Source: a bacterium (lineage in GTDB: Bacteria > Desulfobacterota > GWC2-55-46). From it: 34,438 nt of DNA. The stretch covers positions 1-34,438 of the forward strand of contig SCQA01000094.1 in the NCBI GenBank assembly GCA_004298725.1, in the 5' to 3' direction. Position 1 is the first letter of the stretch. Every line of letters begins with the position of its first letter. Positions 15,833-23,638 of this stretch are shown one piece after another. The notes below the pieces were generated by a model that ran no database searches, had not been told where the DNA came from, and worked only from the letters and a program-made list of their open reading frames with translations. The position numbers and the translations under genes are program-made.

Positions 15833-16969
15833 ATGGCTGAACATAAAAAAAAGCTTCTTCAGGGCAATGAAGCCTGCGTTGAAGGGGCTATATACGCCGG
15901 TTGCAAATTTTACGCCGGGTACCCGATAACGCCTTCAACTGAAATCGCCGAAGGCCTATCGGTCAGGCTTCCGAAGATAGGCGGCAAGTTCATTCAGATG
16001 GAAGACGAAATAGCCTCAATCGCCGCGGCCATAGGCGGCTCTCTTGCGGGGCTAAAATCTCTGACTGCCACATCCGGCCCGGGCTTTTCTTTAAAACAGG
16101 AAGGCCTCGGTTACGCTTGCATAGCCGAAATACCGCTTGTAATAATAAACGTCATGCGCGGCGGCCCTTCAACAGGCTACCCGACAGGCCCTTCTCAAGC
16201 GGACATAATGCAAGCCAAATGGGGCACTCACGGCGACCACCCCGCCATAGCGCTGACACCGGCTTACGTGCAGGAAATTCTCACTGAAACCGTCCGCGCG
16301 TTTAACCTCTCTGAAAAATACAGAACGCCGGTCATAGTGCTTTACGATGAAATAATAGGCCATATGAGAGAGCCTATAACAATACCCGAACCAGGCGAAC
16401 TTGAAGTAATTGACAGGGAAAAAGTAACTTGCCCGCCTGACGAATACTTCCCGTATGACGAGCGCTTTGAAGTGCCGCCGCTTGCGCCGTTCGGCACCGG
16501 CTACCGCTATCACGTAACCGGCCTTAATCACAAAAAAGACGGCTTCCCGACGAACGATTCAAAGCAAATTAACGAAAACAACCTCCGCATAATGAGAAAG
16601 ATTGAAAACCATAAAGCGGAAATCTGGAAAAACGAAGAAGTCTCCCTGAAAGATGCCGACGTGGCTGTATTTTCGATCGGCTCCACGGCAAGATCGGCCA
16701 ACTTCGCCGTCAAAGCGGCGCGCGAAGCAGGCATAAAAGCAGGGCTTTTAAGGCCGCTTACAATCTGGCCATTCCCTGACGCGGCGGTAAAGGAGCTTGC
16801 CAAGAGAGTAAAGGCGATAATAGTACCTGAGCTTAACCTTGGCCAGATGGTGCTTGAGGTGGAGCGCTGTGCCGGAGGAGCCTGCAAGGTTGAAGGCATA
16901 CATAGGGTTGACGGCGAGCCGATAACCCCGGCGCAGATACTTGAAATAATAAAGAAGCATGCGAAGTAA
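15833..16969 (+). CDS. korA: 2-oxoglutarate:ferredoxin oxidoreductase alpha subunit
   Basis: 378 aa. LLQGNEACVEGAIYAGCKFYAGYPITPSTEI is typical of KorA/PorA. The D-A-B-G gene order and the adjacency to sucCD favour 2-oxoglutarate over pyruvate as substrate. Confidence 0.86.
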   Translation: MAEHKKKLLQGNEACVEGAIYAGCKFYAGYPITPSTEIAEGLSVRLPKIGGKFIQMEDEIASIAAAIGGSLAGLKSLTATSGPGFSLKQEGLGYACIAEIPLVIINVMRGGPSTGYPTGPSQADIMQAKWGTHGDHPAIALTPAYVQEILTETVRAFNLSEKYRTPVIVLYDEIIGHMREPITIPEPGELEVIDREKVTCPPDEYFPYDERFEVPPLAPFGTGYRYHVTGLNHKKDGFPTNDSKQINENNLRIMRKIENHKAEIWKNEEVSLKDADVAVFSIGSTARSANFAVKAAREAGIKAGLLRPLTIWPFPDAAVKELAKRVKAIIVPELNLGQMVLEVERCAGGACKVEGIHRVDGEPITPAQILEIIKKHAK

Positions 16970-16996
16970 AACAACAGCTATCACGGAGGCTTGGAA

Positions 16997-17857
16997 ATGT
17001 CAGAAGGCACCGTTGCCAAAAAACAAAAGCTTAGCGTACCGTTTGACTACGACAAATACCTAAGGCCCAAAAAACTTCCGCACATCTGGTGCCCGGGTTG
17101 CGGCCACGGCATTGTCCTTAAAGCGCTTCTTCGCGCAATAGAGGCAAGCGGACTGAATAAAGACGACATCTGCATGGTCTCCGGCATTGGTTGCTCAAGC
17201 AGAACACCCGGCTACGTTGACTTCAACACCATGCACTCGCTCCACGGCAGGGCATTCGCCTTCGCGACAGGAATTAAATTCGCTAAGCCGAATATGAAGG
17301 TCATCGTCATAACCGGCGACGGAGACGCACTTGCCATCGGCGGCAACCACTTCATACACACGTGCAGAAGGAATATTGACCTGACGGTTCTCGTTTACAC
17401 AAACGCGATATACGGCATGACCGGCGGCCAATACTCGCCGACCACGCCGCTTGGCGACATAGCCACTACAAGCCGCTACGGAAACATCGAGCCGCCCTTC
17501 GACGCCTGCAAAATGGCCGAGGCCGCCGGAGCGTCGTTTGTGGCGCGCGGCACCGCCTACCACACGCTTGAGCTTGAAAAGACCATACTTGAAGCAATAA
17601 AGCACAAGGGAACTTCGGTTGTTGACATCATTGACGCATGCCCGACTTATTACGGCAGAATGAACAAATACAAGAGCGCGACTCACATGATGGAAGTAAT
17701 TGAAAAAGACGGCACGGTGTCAGTAAAACAGGCCGACAAACTGCCCCCTGAAAAACTTGAAGGCAAGCTCCTGCGCGGCGTTCTATACAAAACAGACAGA
17801 CCGGAATACTGCGAGCAATACGCCACACAGGTAATGGGAAAGGCAACCGGCAAATAA
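16997..17857 (+). CDS. korB: 2-oxoglutarate:ferredoxin oxidoreductase beta subunit (TPP-binding)
   Basis: 286 aa from ATG 16997, with GGAGG 7 nt upstream. WCPGCGHG cluster motif and TGDGDALAIGGNH TPP motif. Confidence 0.9.
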   Translation: MSEGTVAKKQKLSVPFDYDKYLRPKKLPHIWCPGCGHGIVLKALLRAIEASGLNKDDICMVSGIGCSSRTPGYVDFNTMHSLHGRAFAFATGIKFAKPNMKVIVITGDGDALAIGGNHFIHTCRRNIDLTVLVYTNAIYGMTGGQYSPTTPLGDIATTSRYGNIEPPFDACKMAEAAGASFVARGTAYHTLELEKTILEAIKHKGTSVVDIIDACPTYYGRMNKYKSATHMMEVIEKDGTVSVKQADKLPPEKLEGKLLRGVLYKTDRPEYCEQYATQVMGKATGK

Positions 17858-17922
17858 ACCGGTTTTAGCTCTAAGATTTTAGACAATATTTAAGCTATTT
17901 AAACGGAGGGCAAGTAAAAACA

Positions 17923-18468
17923 ATGAGCGCACGGTACGAATTAAGGTTTAGCGGCTCCGGCGGACAAGGCATGATACTTGCCGGTATAATCATGGCAGAG
18001 GCCGCGGCCATTTACGGCGACAAAAATGCCGTGCAGAGCCAGTCATACGGCCCGGAATCAAGGGGCGGCGCAAGCAAGGCCGAGGTTATCATAAGCACCC
18101 AGCCTATTGACTATCCCAAAGCAACGGCAATTGACTGTATGCTCGCCATGACGCAAGAAGCATGTTCAAAATACCACTACGACATAAAGCCCGGCGGCAT
18201 TCTCCTTATTGACAGCAACGAAGTCAAAGACGTGCCAAAAGGGCATTTTAAGACCATAAGCTTTCCGATAATCGAGACGGCGCGTAAAGAACTCGGCAAA
18301 ACAATCGTAGCGAACATAATTTCCCTTGGCATGATTGCCGAGCTTACGGGCATTGTGCCTCACGAGGCGGTTGAAAAGGCCGTACTCGCAAGGGTGCCTG
18401 CCGCGTTTGTCGAGCTGAATAAAAAAGCCGTTCAAATAGGCTTTCAAAGCGCAAAGGGACTCAAGTAA
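17923..18468 (+). CDS. korG: 2-oxoglutarate:ferredoxin oxidoreductase gamma subunit
   Basis: 181 aa. FSGSGGQGMILAGIIMAEAA and SYGPESRGG are typical of gamma subunits. Confidence 0.88.
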   Translation: MSARYELRFSGSGGQGMILAGIIMAEAAAIYGDKNAVQSQSYGPESRGGASKAEVIISTQPIDYPKATAIDCMLAMTQEACSKYHYDIKPGGILLIDSNEVKDVPKGHFKTISFPIIETARKELGKTIVANIISLGMIAELTGIVPHEAVEKAVLARVPAAFVELNKKAVQIGFQSAKGLK

Positions 18469-18499
18469 CAGCCAACACAAAAACTTCCGCGGTATCCAG

Positions 18500-18541
18500 A
18501 CGGTCTAAAGGCTTATCATGCCCTTAGGCCGTTTGTTATTT
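18500..18541 (+). terminator. Rho-independent terminator candidate after korG
   Basis: Imperfect stem of about 11 bp, ACGGTCTAA(A)GG / CCTTAGGCCGT, followed by TTTGTTATTT. It begins 31 nt after the korG stop. Confidence 0.45.
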
Positions 18542-18668
18542 AAAGCATAGGTAACGTCAAGTATTTTGTGTCATAATAAATGGAGTTACGGCTCCTTGTT
18601 TTTTTGTTTTTGCTTGTAACGTAGCACAGGATTAATACCAACACTTGAATACACTTACCAACGCTCTC

Positions 18669-18696
18669 TTGCATCTCCCTTGAAAAGATATATACT
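18669..18696 (+). promoter_or_regulatory. Sigma-70-type promoter candidate upstream of sdhA
   Basis: TTGCAT-16 nt-TATACT in an AT-rich 300-nt spacer. The leader contains the 8-bp hairpin AGCCTGAA/TTCAGGCT (18714-18750) followed by TTTGTCTTGT. Confidence 0.4.
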
Positions 18697-18773
18697 AAAC
18701 TGTATGCGGCGTAAGCCTGAAAAGAACGGCTAACAGACACGGTTCAGGCTTTGTCTTGTAATCGTGAGCGTCT

Positions 18774-20498
18774 TTGGGCTGTAAATGCTCTACTACTAAA
18801 GACATATTGTTTTTTCAAGGAGGCTTTCTGGTAACGCATGATGTCATAATAATCGGCGGCGGCATTGCCGGAATGCGCTCCGCCATAGAGTGCGCCAAAG
18901 CAGGGCTTAACACCGCCATAGTGTCAAAGGTATATCCCGTAAGAAGCCACTCGGTCGCGGCTCAAGGCGGCATTAACGCCGCTTTGAAGTCCACTGATTC
19001 GTGGTCGGCCCACATGGCGGACACGGTCAAGGGTAGTGATTTTCTTGCGGATCAAGACGCTACCGAGGTGCTTTGCAAAGAAGCCGCGTTTGACATAACG
19101 GAGCTTGAGAAGATGGGCGCCATATGGAGCAGGGACGAAAACGGCAACGTTGCCCAGAGACCATTTGGCGGAGCAGGCTACCCGCGCACATGTTACCTTG
19201 CGGACAGAACTGGCCACGGCATTGTTCATGTGTTATACGAACAAATCATAAAACACGGCGTCTTCATATACGACGAATGGCACGTTGTAAAACTCGCCGT
19301 GCTTGACAACGCCGCAAGGGGCATAATCGCCGTTGAATTAAAGACAGGCAGGCTCCATCGCCTGCGTTCAAAAGCAATAATACTCGCTACCGGCGGCTAC
19401 GGCAGAGTATTTAAAACAACCACCAACGCCCTCACCTCAACAGGAGACGGCATGGCGCTTGCCCTTAGCGCAGGCGCAAACCTCATGGACATGGAGTTTG
19501 TCCAGTTTCACCCTACCGTGCTTCCAAGAACAGGCATACTCATAACCGAAGGCGCAAGAGGCGAAGGCGGATACCTGCTGAACTCGAAAGGCGAAAGGTT
19601 CATGGAAAAGTACGCTCCGAAGGCAAAGGAGCTTGCTTCAAGGGACGTAGTCAGCAGAGCCGAGCAAGCCGAAATAAGCGAAGGCCGTGGCGTTGACGGA
19701 TGCGTACTGCTTGACGTCCGCCACCTTGGCGCGGAGAAGATAAACCAGCGGCTTTCACAGATACGCGAGCTTTCAATAAACTTCGCAGGCATTGACCCCG
19801 TTGAAAAGCCCATTCCGGTAAGGCCGGGCGCGCATTACTCAATGGGCGGAGTAATGGCCGGCATTGACGGACAAACTAATATTACAGGCCTCTACGCCGC
19901 CGGAGAGAGCGCCTGCATAAGCGTTCACGGCGCGAACAGGCTTGGCGGCAACTCCTTGCTTGAAGCGGTGGTATTTGGCAGAAGAGCAGGGCAAGCAACG
20001 GAAGCCTTTGTAAAAAGCACAACGCTCGGAGACTTTCCTGACGGCTTTTTGAGCGAGGCCTCTTTTGAACTTGCCGGTATTTTAAAAAGAGAGCCAAGCG
20101 AGCCTGCCTATATAATAAGAAACGAGATGACCGTTGCAATGGAAGAACACGCCGGACTTTTTAGAAATAAAACCGGCCTTGAAAAAGGCCTTGAAAAGAT
20201 AAAAGAACTAAAAGAGCGTTTTAAAAAAGCGGGGCTGACAGACAAAGCCGACGGCTTTAACAGCGAACTGCTCGCGTTTCTTGAACTTGGCAATATGTTA
20301 GATGTGTCCGAGACCATACTTTTAGGCGCGTTAGCGAGAAACGAGAGCAGAGGCGCTCACTCAAGAACGGACTTCCCGCAAAGGGACGACGTTAACTGGC
20401 TGAGGCACACGCTTATCCGCAATCAATCCGGCGAATTGCATCTTGATTATAAGAACGTCGTCATCACAAAAATCAAACCCGCTGAGAGAAAATATTAG
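18774..20498 (+). CDS. sdhA: Succinate dehydrogenase/fumarate reductase flavoprotein subunit (covalent-FAD type)
   Basis: Up to 574 aa. DVIIIGGGIAGMRSA, the flavinylation motif VRSHSVAAQGG, FHPT, TEGARGEGG, AHYSMGG and HGANRLGGNSL. The start is uncertain: TTG 18774 or TTG 18807 lack an SD, and the only strong SD (AAGGAGG 18817-18823) precedes an in-frame CTG at 18828. Confidence 0.9.
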   Translation: MGCKCSTTKDILFFQGGFLVTHDVIIIGGGIAGMRSAIECAKAGLNTAIVSKVYPVRSHSVAAQGGINAALKSTDSWSAHMADTVKGSDFLADQDATEVLCKEAAFDITELEKMGAIWSRDENGNVAQRPFGGAGYPRTCYLADRTGHGIVHVLYEQIIKHGVFIYDEWHVVKLAVLDNAARGIIAVELKTGRLHRLRSKAIILATGGYGRVFKTTTNALTSTGDGMALALSAGANLMDMEFVQFHPTVLPRTGILITEGARGEGGYLLNSKGERFMEKYAPKAKELASRDVVSRAEQAEISEGRGVDGCVLLDVRHLGAEKINQRLSQIRELSINFAGIDPVEKPIPVRPGAHYSMGGVMAGIDGQTNITGLYAAGESACISVHGANRLGGNSLLEAVVFGRRAGQATEAFVKSTTLGDFPDGFLSEASFELAGILKREPSEPAYIIRNEMTVAMEEHAGLFRNKTGLEKGLEKIKELKERFKKAGLTDKADGFNSELLAFLELGNMLDVSETILLGALARNESRGAHSRTDFPQRDDVNWLRHTLIRNQSGELHLDYKNVVITKIKPAERKY

Positions 20499-20500
20499 AC

Positions 20501-20551
20501 GTAGACGCAGGAGCGTCCCAAGATGCGTTCCCACGCAGGAGCGTGCGAACG
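20501..20551 (+). repeat. Double-hairpin palindromic repeat (family 2)
   Basis: GTAGACGC-AGGA-GCGTC followed by CGTTCCCACGC-AGGA-GCGTGCGAACG. It sits in the sdhA-sdhB spacer. Confidence 0.65.
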
Positions 20552-20575
20552 AGAATAAGACCTCTACATAAAACC

Positions 20576-21544
20576 ATGAAGATAAAACTTAAAATAAAGC
20601 GCTCTGCCCCGCTTAACGAGTCTGAGCCGTTTTTTCAGGCGTTTAGCATTGACGCTTATGAAGGCATGACGGTTCTTGAGGCGCTTCTTAAGATAGCGGA
20701 CGAAGACGACCCGACGCTGTCATTTAGAAAGTCGTGCAGGTCGGCCATATGCGGCTCGTGCGCCATGACTATAAACGGGCACGCGCGGCTTGCCTGCAAC
20801 ACGCAGATACTTCCTGAAATTCATAAATTCGGCGAGGTAATACTGGAACCTCTCTCAAACCACGCGGTGCTGAAAGACCTGATGGTTGACCTTGCCCCGT
20901 TCTGGGAAAAGATGGAACGCGTAATGCCGTACCTTACGCCGCCGGACGCTGAAAATACCGCGAAGATGACGAGCGAGGACGAAGCCAAAATAGACAAAAG
21001 CCAGCAGTGCATAATGTGCGGCTCATGCAACTCCGAGTGCAACGCCCTTGAAATAGACGAACATTACGCAGGGCCTGCGGCGCTTGCGAAAGCATGGCGC
21101 TTCATCGGCGATACGCGCGAGGGCTTTGCCGAAAAACGGCTTGATAAACTAAGCACGGAGCACGGCATGTGGGACTGCGTAAGGTGCGGCCACTGCACCC
21201 AGTACTGCCCTAAAAACGTGGCCCCGCTTAAGGCCATCGAGCTTCTCCGCTCGCGCGCCATTAAGCTCGGCATAACGGACAACCACGGGGCGAAACACGC
21301 CCTGTCAATGACAAACTCCATTAAGCGCGTGGGCAGGCTTGACGAAGCGGCCATGACGTTCAAGACGCTCGGTTTTTTAAGGTCTCTTGGAATGATACCG
21401 TTCGGCATAAAGATGGAACTGCACGGCAAAATGCCTCTGCCCCTGATACTGCCGCAGATAGACGGCATGGACGAAGTTAAGGCAATTTTCAAGACGTTTG
21501 AAGAAAAAGACAAAAACAAGGAGGACTCCGGTGGTAAATCTTAA
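20576..21544 (+). CDS. sdhB: Succinate dehydrogenase/fumarate reductase iron-sulfur subunit (extended C-terminus)
   Basis: 322 aa from ATG 20576; the GTG at 20543 lies inside a palindromic repeat. [2Fe-2S] motif CRSAICGSCAM...LAC, then CIMCGSCNSEC and CVRCGHCTQYCP, plus about 80 extra C-terminal residues. Confidence 0.88.
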   Translation: MKIKLKIKRSAPLNESEPFFQAFSIDAYEGMTVLEALLKIADEDDPTLSFRKSCRSAICGSCAMTINGHARLACNTQILPEIHKFGEVILEPLSNHAVLKDLMVDLAPFWEKMERVMPYLTPPDAENTAKMTSEDEAKIDKSQQCIMCGSCNSECNALEIDEHYAGPAALAKAWRFIGDTREGFAEKRLDKLSTEHGMWDCVRCGHCTQYCPKNVAPLKAIELLRSRAIKLGITDNHGAKHALSMTNSIKRVGRLDEAAMTFKTLGFLRSLGMIPFGIKMELHGKMPLPLILPQIDGMDEVKAIFKTFEEKDKNKEDSGGKS

Positions 21545-22403
21545 ATACGCGTATTACCCCGGGTGCGCCTCAAAGGAAATAACCAAAGAGGCGGACAAAG
21601 CCACAAGGCTTGTGTGCGAGGCCCTTGGCATAGAGCTTGTTGACATGCCAAAAGCGAACTGTTGCGGAGCAGGGCTGTTAACCGACTATGACTACGAATT
21701 ATCACTCGCGCTGAACGCGCGCATATTTGCAGAGGCTGAAACAATGAGCCTTGACATACTGACGATATGCTCAACCTGCCTTATGGTCATGTCAAGCGCG
21801 AATAGAGACATGAAAAATAGCGAGAGCGAACTGAACCTTGCCAATAACGCGCTCTCGTCAGCAGGATTGCATTACAGCGGCAAAGGAAAGTTGACGCACC
21901 TTTTATGGGTGCTGGCGAAAGATTACGGGCTTGAAAAACTTTCAAAAAAAGTCGTAAAGCCGCTTACTTGGTTGAAGGTTGCGCCGTTTTACGGTTGCCA
22001 CAGTTTAAGGCCGTCCGACGCGCTTGGAATGGATGACCCGCAAAAACCATGGACCCTTGACGCGGTTATAAAGGCGCTTGGCGCCCAGCCTGTAGAATAC
22101 AAAGGAAAAACAAAGTGTTGCGGATTTCAGATAGACCTTGTAGCCGAAGACACGGCGGTAAAGATGACCGGCAAAAGGCTGATTGAAGCGAAAACGCGCG
22201 GCGCGGACTGCCTTGTAACGCCCTGCCCTTTTTGCCACATAAACCTTGACAACTATCAGGGCCTTGCCGAAAAAAAAGCCGGCCAGAAGATAGGCCTGCC
22301 CGTATTCCACCTCGCGCAACTTGTAGGGTTGGCATTAGGTTTGTCAGCGGAGGATATGAGCCTGACACGGCACCTTGTGTCCGCGGAAGGGATAGTTAGA
22401 TGA
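21531..22403 (+). CDS. sdhE: CCG-domain (HdrB-like) subunit of type-E succinate:quinone oxidoreductase / SdhE(SdhC)-like
   Basis: 290 aa from GTG 21531, with AAGGAGG 6 nt upstream; it overlaps sdhB by 14 nt. Two CCG units: YYPGC...NCCGAG...CSTC and FYGC...CCGFQ...CPFCH. Confidence 0.75.
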   Translation: MVNLKYAYYPGCASKEITKEADKATRLVCEALGIELVDMPKANCCGAGLLTDYDYELSLALNARIFAEAETMSLDILTICSTCLMVMSSANRDMKNSESELNLANNALSSAGLHYSGKGKLTHLLWVLAKDYGLEKLSKKVVKPLTWLKVAPFYGCHSLRPSDALGMDDPQKPWTLDAVIKALGAQPVEYKGKTKCCGFQIDLVAEDTAVKMTGKRLIEAKTRGADCLVTPCPFCHINLDNYQGLAEKKAGQKIGLPVFHLAQLVGLALGLSAEDMSLTRHLVSAEGIVR

Positions 22404-22422
22404 ATAATTTTTACACTAAAAC

Positions 22423-22444
22423 GGTGGGCGGTGCCCACCCTACA
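22423..22444 (+). repeat. REP element (family 1)
   Basis: GGTGGGCGGTGCCCACCCTACA: a 7-bp palindrome GGTGGGC/GCCCACC plus a CTAC (GTAG) head. It lies 20 nt after the sdhE stop. Confidence 0.8.
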
Positions 22445-22481
22445 TTTGTACTGAATTAAATTTGACAGAGCGTTATTTCTA

Positions 22482-22528
22482 CGCAGGACGCTGGAGCGTC
22501 TCCATATACGTTCTCACGCTGGATGAGG
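22482..22528 (+). repeat. Double-hairpin palindromic repeat (family 2), degenerate second hairpin
   Basis: GACGC-TGGA-GCGTC followed by CGTTCTCACGCTGGATGAGG. It lies just upstream of the IS3 orfA fragment. Confidence 0.55.
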
Positions 22529-22532
22529 TAAG

Positions 22533-22748
22533 ATGGAAAAAGTAGACACCAAAAGTCTGATAAAATACAAAGACGGCGGTGTCAGAATGAAAGGGATTCC
22601 GCAGGGAAGGTATACGAAGGAGCTACGAGAGGTAGCGGTAAAACTGGTAACAGAAGGGAACATGTCATTGATAGAGGCGGCTCGGCGGTTGTCATTGCCG
22701 ATATCGACCATGGGGAACTGTGTCAAGGTATATAGAGCCGGTAAGCCT
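22533..22748 (+). pseudogene. Truncated IS3-family transposase orfA (HTH part only)
   Basis: YTKELREVAVKLVTEGNMSLIEAARRLSLPISTMGNCVKVYRAGK resembles the IS3/IS911 OrfA helix-turn-helix. Similarity stops where the inverted REP (22749-22770) begins. There is no orfB and no IS ends. Confidence 0.5.
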
Positions 22749-22770
22749 TGTAGGGTGGGCATTGCCCACC
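22749..22770 (-). repeat. REP element (family 1), inverted copy
   Basis: TGTAGGGTGGGCATTGCCCACC is the reverse complement of the family consensus with 2 loop changes. It lies 7 nt downstream of the RAYT stop. Confidence 0.8.
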
Positions 22771-22776
22771 AAAAAA

Positions 22777-23319
22777 TTATTCTCTCCCAATATCATCAGG
22801 TAATATAACTGCCGAACCGCTTCCCCAATCCTCTGAATACGCGCCTTCTTTAACAAACCTGTGAAACGTCGAAAAAGCCCAATCGCTTGGGGCATTAGCA
22901 TGCCCATGTTTCACCGGGTTATAATGAACGTAATTACAATGTGCCTCAAAATCTCTTTCGTCACGAATTTGATGCTCCCAAAAACGCCTTTGCCAAACAA
23001 GCCCTTCCCTGCGTTTCAAACGAGACGGGCTTTGAAGGCCAGAGATCGCCTGCCCTGCCTTTTTCGTAAATCGTGCTTTAATCAAACCCCATCTCTTTGA
23101 ATAATCAGCATCTCCCTCCGGTAATGTCCAAATACAATGGAGATGATCAGGCAATAAAACCCATGCGTCAATTTCAAATGGTTTTAACAGGCGCACTTCG
23201 TCTATAATTTGCCTAAGAATTGCCCTATTCCCTTCCGAACATAAAAACGGCCGCCTATCGTACGTAACAAGCGTAAAGAAAAACGTCCTGCCTTCTCTTG
23301 CCCTTCGATAGTTTGACAT
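22777..23319 (-). CDS. REP-associated tyrosine transposase (RAYT; IS200/IS605 TnpA-like Y1 HUH enzyme)
   Basis: 180 aa. HUH motif LPDHLHCIW and catalytic Tyr motif YVHYNPVKHG. Flanked by oppositely oriented copies of a GTAG-headed palindrome (22749-22770 and 23336-23357). Confidence 0.85.
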   Translation of the reverse strand: MSNYRRAREGRTFFFTLVTYDRRPFLCSEGNRAILRQIIDEVRLLKPFEIDAWVLLPDHLHCIWTLPEGDADYSKRWGLIKARFTKKAGQAISGLQSPSRLKRREGLVWQRRFWEHQIRDERDFEAHCNYVHYNPVKHGHANAPSDWAFSTFHRFVKEGAYSEDWGSGSAVILPDDIGRE

Positions 23320-23335
23320 ATTTATTAGTTAAAAT

Positions 23336-23357
23336 GGTGGGCGGTGCCCACCCTACA
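23336..23357 (+). repeat. REP element (family 1)
   Basis: Identical 22-mer to 22423-22444. It lies 17 nt upstream of the RAYT start, so the RAYT is bracketed by inverted REPs. Confidence 0.8.
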
Positions 23358-23516
23358 ACTGTGTTCCCATTTACCGGTTTGTCTCTCCGGCGCAGGAGCA
23401 TGGGAGTATTCAGCGACAAAACCGGCATCGAAAGGATATTATTCACTGTCTTTACTTACGAAAATAAAAAACAAGGAACCGCAATCCCTTTCCTCGTGAC
23501 ACAAAATACTTATTAT

Positions 23517-23566
23517 CGTTCCCACGCTCCTGCGTGGGAACGCATCACTGGATGCTCCAGCGTCCC
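23517..23566 (-). repeat. Double-hairpin palindromic repeat (family 2), inverted orientation
   Basis: CGTTCCCACGC-TCCT-GCGTGGGAACG (perfect 11-bp stem), then GGATGC-TCCA-GCGTCC. Its reverse complement aligns with 20501-20551. Confidence 0.65.
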
Positions 23567-23638
23567 GTACAAAAATATCACCACTTGTCATTCCAACGCA
23601 ATCCAGCCTTGCAGGATAACCACCGCCGTCCGCCAAAC

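Noticed and set aside
18540-18740. 66-aa - strand ORF in the korG-sdhA spacer.
   Set aside because: It has a GTG start without an SD inside an AT-rich promoter and terminator region. The product shows no motif.
20501-23566. Possible CRISPR array, because of the recurring 25-nt palindrome GTTCCCACGCAGGAGCGTGGGAAC.
   Set aside because: There are only three or four copies, in mixed orientations, at irregular spacings of 2 kb and 1 kb, with coding genes in between. There are no cas genes and no regular repeat-spacer periodicity. It behaves like a REP-type dispersed palindrome.
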